From the NCBI GenBank assembly GCA_017302495.1, contig JAFLDG010000001.1:4528-68527 (forward strand): a DNA stretch of 64,000 nucleotides. The letters run 5' to 3'. Both the position numbers and the translations under genes were made by a program. The notes under the pieces are model-generated. The model saw only the letters and a program-made list of their open reading frames with translations, ran no database searches and had not been told where the DNA came from. Source of the DNA: Burkholderiales bacterium (GTDB taxonomy: Bacteria; Pseudomonadota; Gammaproteobacteria; Burkholderiales; Burkholderiaceae_C). This document shows positions 61,750 through 64,000 of the stretch, piece by piece (within the stretch, counting starts at the first letter, position 1; each line of letters begins with the position of its first letter).

Positions 61750-61780
61750 AGCCTGGCCCTTGCCCCGGTGGCAAGGTCAA
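61750..61780 (-). promoter_or_regulatory. CueR-type promoter
   Basis: TTGACC-19 bp-CAGGCT with dyad CCTTGCC-N5-GGCAAGG. Confidence 0.75.
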
Positions 61781-61796
61781 CTCGGTCTGCAGATGC

Positions 61797-61828
61797 TTGA
61801 CCTTCGCCCTAACGCGAAGGTTTATGCT
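61797..61828 (+). promoter_or_regulatory. MerR-family promoter with 20-bp spacer
   Basis: TTGACC-20 bp-TATGCT with dyad ACCTTCGC-N6-GCGAAGGT. Confidence 0.8.
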
Positions 61829-61834
61829 GACCAA

Positions 61835-62278
61835 ATGGACTCGTCCACGTCCCGTCAGCAATGGCTGAGCGTCGGCAAGCTCGCCGAACTGGCCGAGGTG
61901 TCGGCCAACGCGGTACGCTTCTACGAGCGCGAAGGTCTGATGCAGGTGCCCCCCAAGACGCGCAGCGGCTACAGACTGTACGGACCGGAGGCGGTGCAGC
62001 GGCTGCGCTTCATCAAGCAGGCCCAGAACTGCGGCTTCACGCTGGCGGAGATCCAGGCCCTGCTCCAGCTGCGCGATCAGCCCTCGGCGTGCTGCAACGA
62101 AGTGCACGCCAAGGTCGTCGAGAAGAAGCTGGCGCTCGAAGCACGCATCCGGGACATGAAGACCATGTCCAAGGCACTCGACCAGCTCATCGCGGATTGC
62201 AGCAACGACGACCGGCCGGCTGAGTATTGCCCGATCCTCGGCGCGCTGTCCAGGCCGGCAGGGGGAGCCGCTCGATGA
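61835..62278 (+). CDS. Heavy-metal-responsive MerR-family regulator (ZntR/CadR-like, three-Cys type)
   Basis: VGKLAELAEVSANAVRFYERE, SACC at the position-79/82 equivalent, C.......YCPIL. Confidence 0.88.
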   Translation: MDSSTSRQQWLSVGKLAELAEVSANAVRFYEREGLMQVPPKTRSGYRLYGPEAVQRLRFIKQAQNCGFTLAEIQALLQLRDQPSACCNEVHAKVVEKKLALEARIRDMKTMSKALDQLIADCSNDDRPAEYCPILGALSRPAGGAAR

Positions 62279-62535
62279 AGATCGAGGTACTGCATGCCCC
62301 TGGTTGCGTCCGCTGCTCGCGCGAGCTGGCGGGTCTGCGCGCGGCGGCTCTCGCGCTGGACCCGACGGTGCAATGGCGTGAGATCAATATCGTTGAGGCG
62401 ATCGACTACGCCGTTGCCCTTGGGGTGCTGAAACCGCCGGCGGTGGCCATCGACGGCGAACTGGTGTTCTCGAAGCTGCCGTTGCCAGACGCATTGGCGA
62501 CGGCGATGCGCGATCGGCGGCGAGCGCCCGCCTGA
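62275..62535 (+). CDS. Small thioredoxin/glutaredoxin-like protein
   Basis: PGCVRC, LGV..PP.VAIDGEL. ATGA overlap with the regulator. Confidence 0.78.
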   Translation: MKIEVLHAPGCVRCSRELAGLRAAALALDPTVQWREINIVEAIDYAVALGVLKPPAVAIDGELVFSKLPLPDALATAMRDRRRAPA

Positions 62536-62536
62536 C

Positions 62537-63232
62537 ATGGACACGCAGAGCCTGCAGCAGGCCGTGCAGCAGATCGGTGCAGCGGCATTGGCCGTCGGCT
62601 TTGTGGCCGGCGTGTTGTTCAGCTTCAATCCTGTGGCGCTGGCCGCCATCCCGGTCTCGATGGCCTACGTTGCCAAAGCGCGTTCGTCGCGGCAGGCGTT
62701 GTGGTTCGGCACCGTGTTCATTGCCGGCATGGCGCTCGCGCAAACGGTGCTGGGCGCGGCAGCGGGCCTCGCCGGGCTCGGCGTGCAAGCCGTGCTTGGC
62801 CGTCATTGGGGGCTGGTGCTGGGGCCGTGGCTGATCGTGCTCGGCCTGCTTTGGCCGGGCTGGGTGCACGTGCCGTTCGAGGGCCTGTCTCTGCGCGCCA
62901 GACGCACCACGACCGCCTGGGGAACCTTCGCGCTGGGCGCGCTGTTCGCGATCGCCATCTGCCCGGTGTGCACGCCCGCGCTGATCGTGCTGCTGGGGGT
63001 GGCCGGCAGCACCGGCTCGGCCATGTGGGGCGCCGCGCTGCTGCTGTCGTTCGCACTCGGGCGGGCGCTGCCGATGTTGCTGGGCGCCGGAGCGCTGCGA
63101 TGGATCGAGCAGCGGCCGTCCCTCGAACGCTACCGCCGGGCATTCGATGTTGCCGGCGGCATCGCGCTGATCGCGATGGGGCTGTACATGATCAACGCGT
63201 ACTTCATCGTCGTGCCGACTTTGGCGGCCTGA
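62537..63232 (+). CDS. CcdA/DsbD-like six-TM protein
   Basis: SFNPVALAAIP, ICPVCTP, LLSFALG.ALP. Confidence 0.78.
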   Translation: MDTQSLQQAVQQIGAAALAVGFVAGVLFSFNPVALAAIPVSMAYVAKARSSRQALWFGTVFIAGMALAQTVLGAAAGLAGLGVQAVLGRHWGLVLGPWLIVLGLLWPGWVHVPFEGLSLRARRTTTAWGTFALGALFAIAICPVCTPALIVLLGVAGSTGSAMWGAALLLSFALGRALPMLLGAGALRWIEQRPSLERYRRAFDVAGGIALIAMGLYMINAYFIVVPTLAA

Positions 63233-63275
63233 TGCGGCCATGTCACCACCCGACGAATACCGCGGAGAAACACGC

Positions 63276-63626
63276 ATGTCCGATGACACGACGACCCGCG
63301 CTGCCCTGACGACGGGTGGTGTGGCCGCCGTCCTCGGCTCCGCCTGCTGCCTCGGCCCTCTGGTTCTGGTCAGCGTCGGGCTGAGCGGAGCATGGATCGC
63401 CAACGTCACCGCGCTGGAGCCGTACCGGCCGGTGTTCGTCGCCGTGGCGTTGGCGGCGCTGGCACTGGCCTTCAGGCGCATGCATCGACCCATCGAGCAG
63501 TGCAAGCCTGGCGAAGTGTGCGCGGTACCAACCGTGCGCCCGGGATGTCGCATCGCGTTCTGGGTGGTCGCCGTGCTGGTAGCCCTTGCGCTGGGCTTCC
63601 CCTACGCGGCGCCGCTGTTCTACTGA
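63276..63626 (+). CDS. merT: MerT-like mercury/metal transporter
   Basis: SACCLGPLVL, GAWI.N.T.LEPYRP.F, CKPGEVCA, FPY. Confidence 0.88.
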   Translation: MSDDTTTRAALTTGGVAAVLGSACCLGPLVLVSVGLSGAWIANVTALEPYRPVFVAVALAALALAFRRMHRPIEQCKPGEVCAVPTVRPGCRIAFWVVAVLVALALGFPYAAPLFY

Positions 63627-63643
63627 ACCGAAAGGCTCTGGCC

Positions 63644-63928
63644 ATGAAGCCGCTCTTCACCACAACCATCGTTCTTGCCACCCTTGCCGGTCCGGCCTGG
63701 CCCGCGACGAGGACCGTCACGTTGTCGGTGCCGGGCATGAACTGCGCGGCCTGCCCGATCACGGTGAAGAAGGCCCTCGTCAAGGTCGAGGGCGTTGCCA
63801 AGGTCGAAGTCAGCTTCGACAAGCGCGAGGCGGTGGTCACGTTCGACGACGCCAAGGCAGCGGTCGGGCAGCTCACGCGCGCGACGACCGAAGCGGGTTA
63901 CCCGTCGACAGTCAAGGAAGCGCGGTGA
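63644..63928 (+). CDS. merP: MerP-like periplasmic metal-binding protein
   Basis: Signal peptide, TVTLSVPGMNCAACPITVKKAL, AGYPS. Confidence 0.9.
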   Translation: MKPLFTTTIVLATLAGPAWPATRTVTLSVPGMNCAACPITVKKALVKVEGVAKVEVSFDKREAVVTFDDAKAAVGQLTRATTEAGYPSTVKEAR

Positions 63929-64000
63929 GCGCCGTCAAGAAGCAGTCCACGCTGACATGTCCTTCGTGCGGACATTCGAAGACCGAGACCATGCCGACAG
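63925..64000 (+). CDS. GDCCVxC-domain protein, N-terminal part (runs off the window)
   Basis: GTG start overlaps the merP stop; translates STLTCPSCGHSKTETMPT. Confidence 0.7.
   Translation, partial: MSAVKKQSTLTCPSCGHSKTETMPT

Noticed and set aside
61835-64000. Classical mercury-resistance operon
   Set aside because: The regulator is not divergent, the operator is not mer-type, and no merA is visible in the window.

Overview
A GC-rich window that looks betaproteobacterial (Burkholderiales-like, inferred) and comes from a mobile element (ICE or plasmid). Bases 1-7.9 kb are backbone: the C-terminus of a tyrosine integrase, a ParB-like gene and a 1654-aa DNA methylase/SNF2 helicase fusion. The remaining ~56 kb is cargo of two kinds. 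The first is copper/heavy-metal genes: cueR-copZ, a TolC/multicopper oxidase/cupredoxin/DUF411/CusF operon, three P1B ATPases, cusCBA, and a MerR-thioredoxin-CcdA-merT-merP-GDCCVxC cassette. The second looks like a low-oxygen/energy-stress set: PPK2, a beta-CASP nuclease, a long-form nucleoside/NMP phosphorylase, Prs, a phosphoketolase-like enzyme, DUF3141, FtsH, an ABC1 kinase and two phospholipase D enzymes. A complete group II intron sits antisense in the Shine-Dalgarno region of the cupredoxin gene. The most striking unexplained feature is regulatory. Three long cargo gene runs each begin with a paralogue of one uncharacterised ~140-155 aa leader gene (signal peptide ending ANAC, a CxxxC motif, invariant C-terminal RLAL-stop). 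Each paralogue lies behind an FNR-type box exactly 22 bp before a -10-like hexamer, and two also have a MerR-type operator abutting the box. A fourth, CzcI/CopL-like leader ends in a perfect 10-nt anti-Shine-Dalgarno for the next gene. All calls come from motif recognition by eye; no database searches were run.
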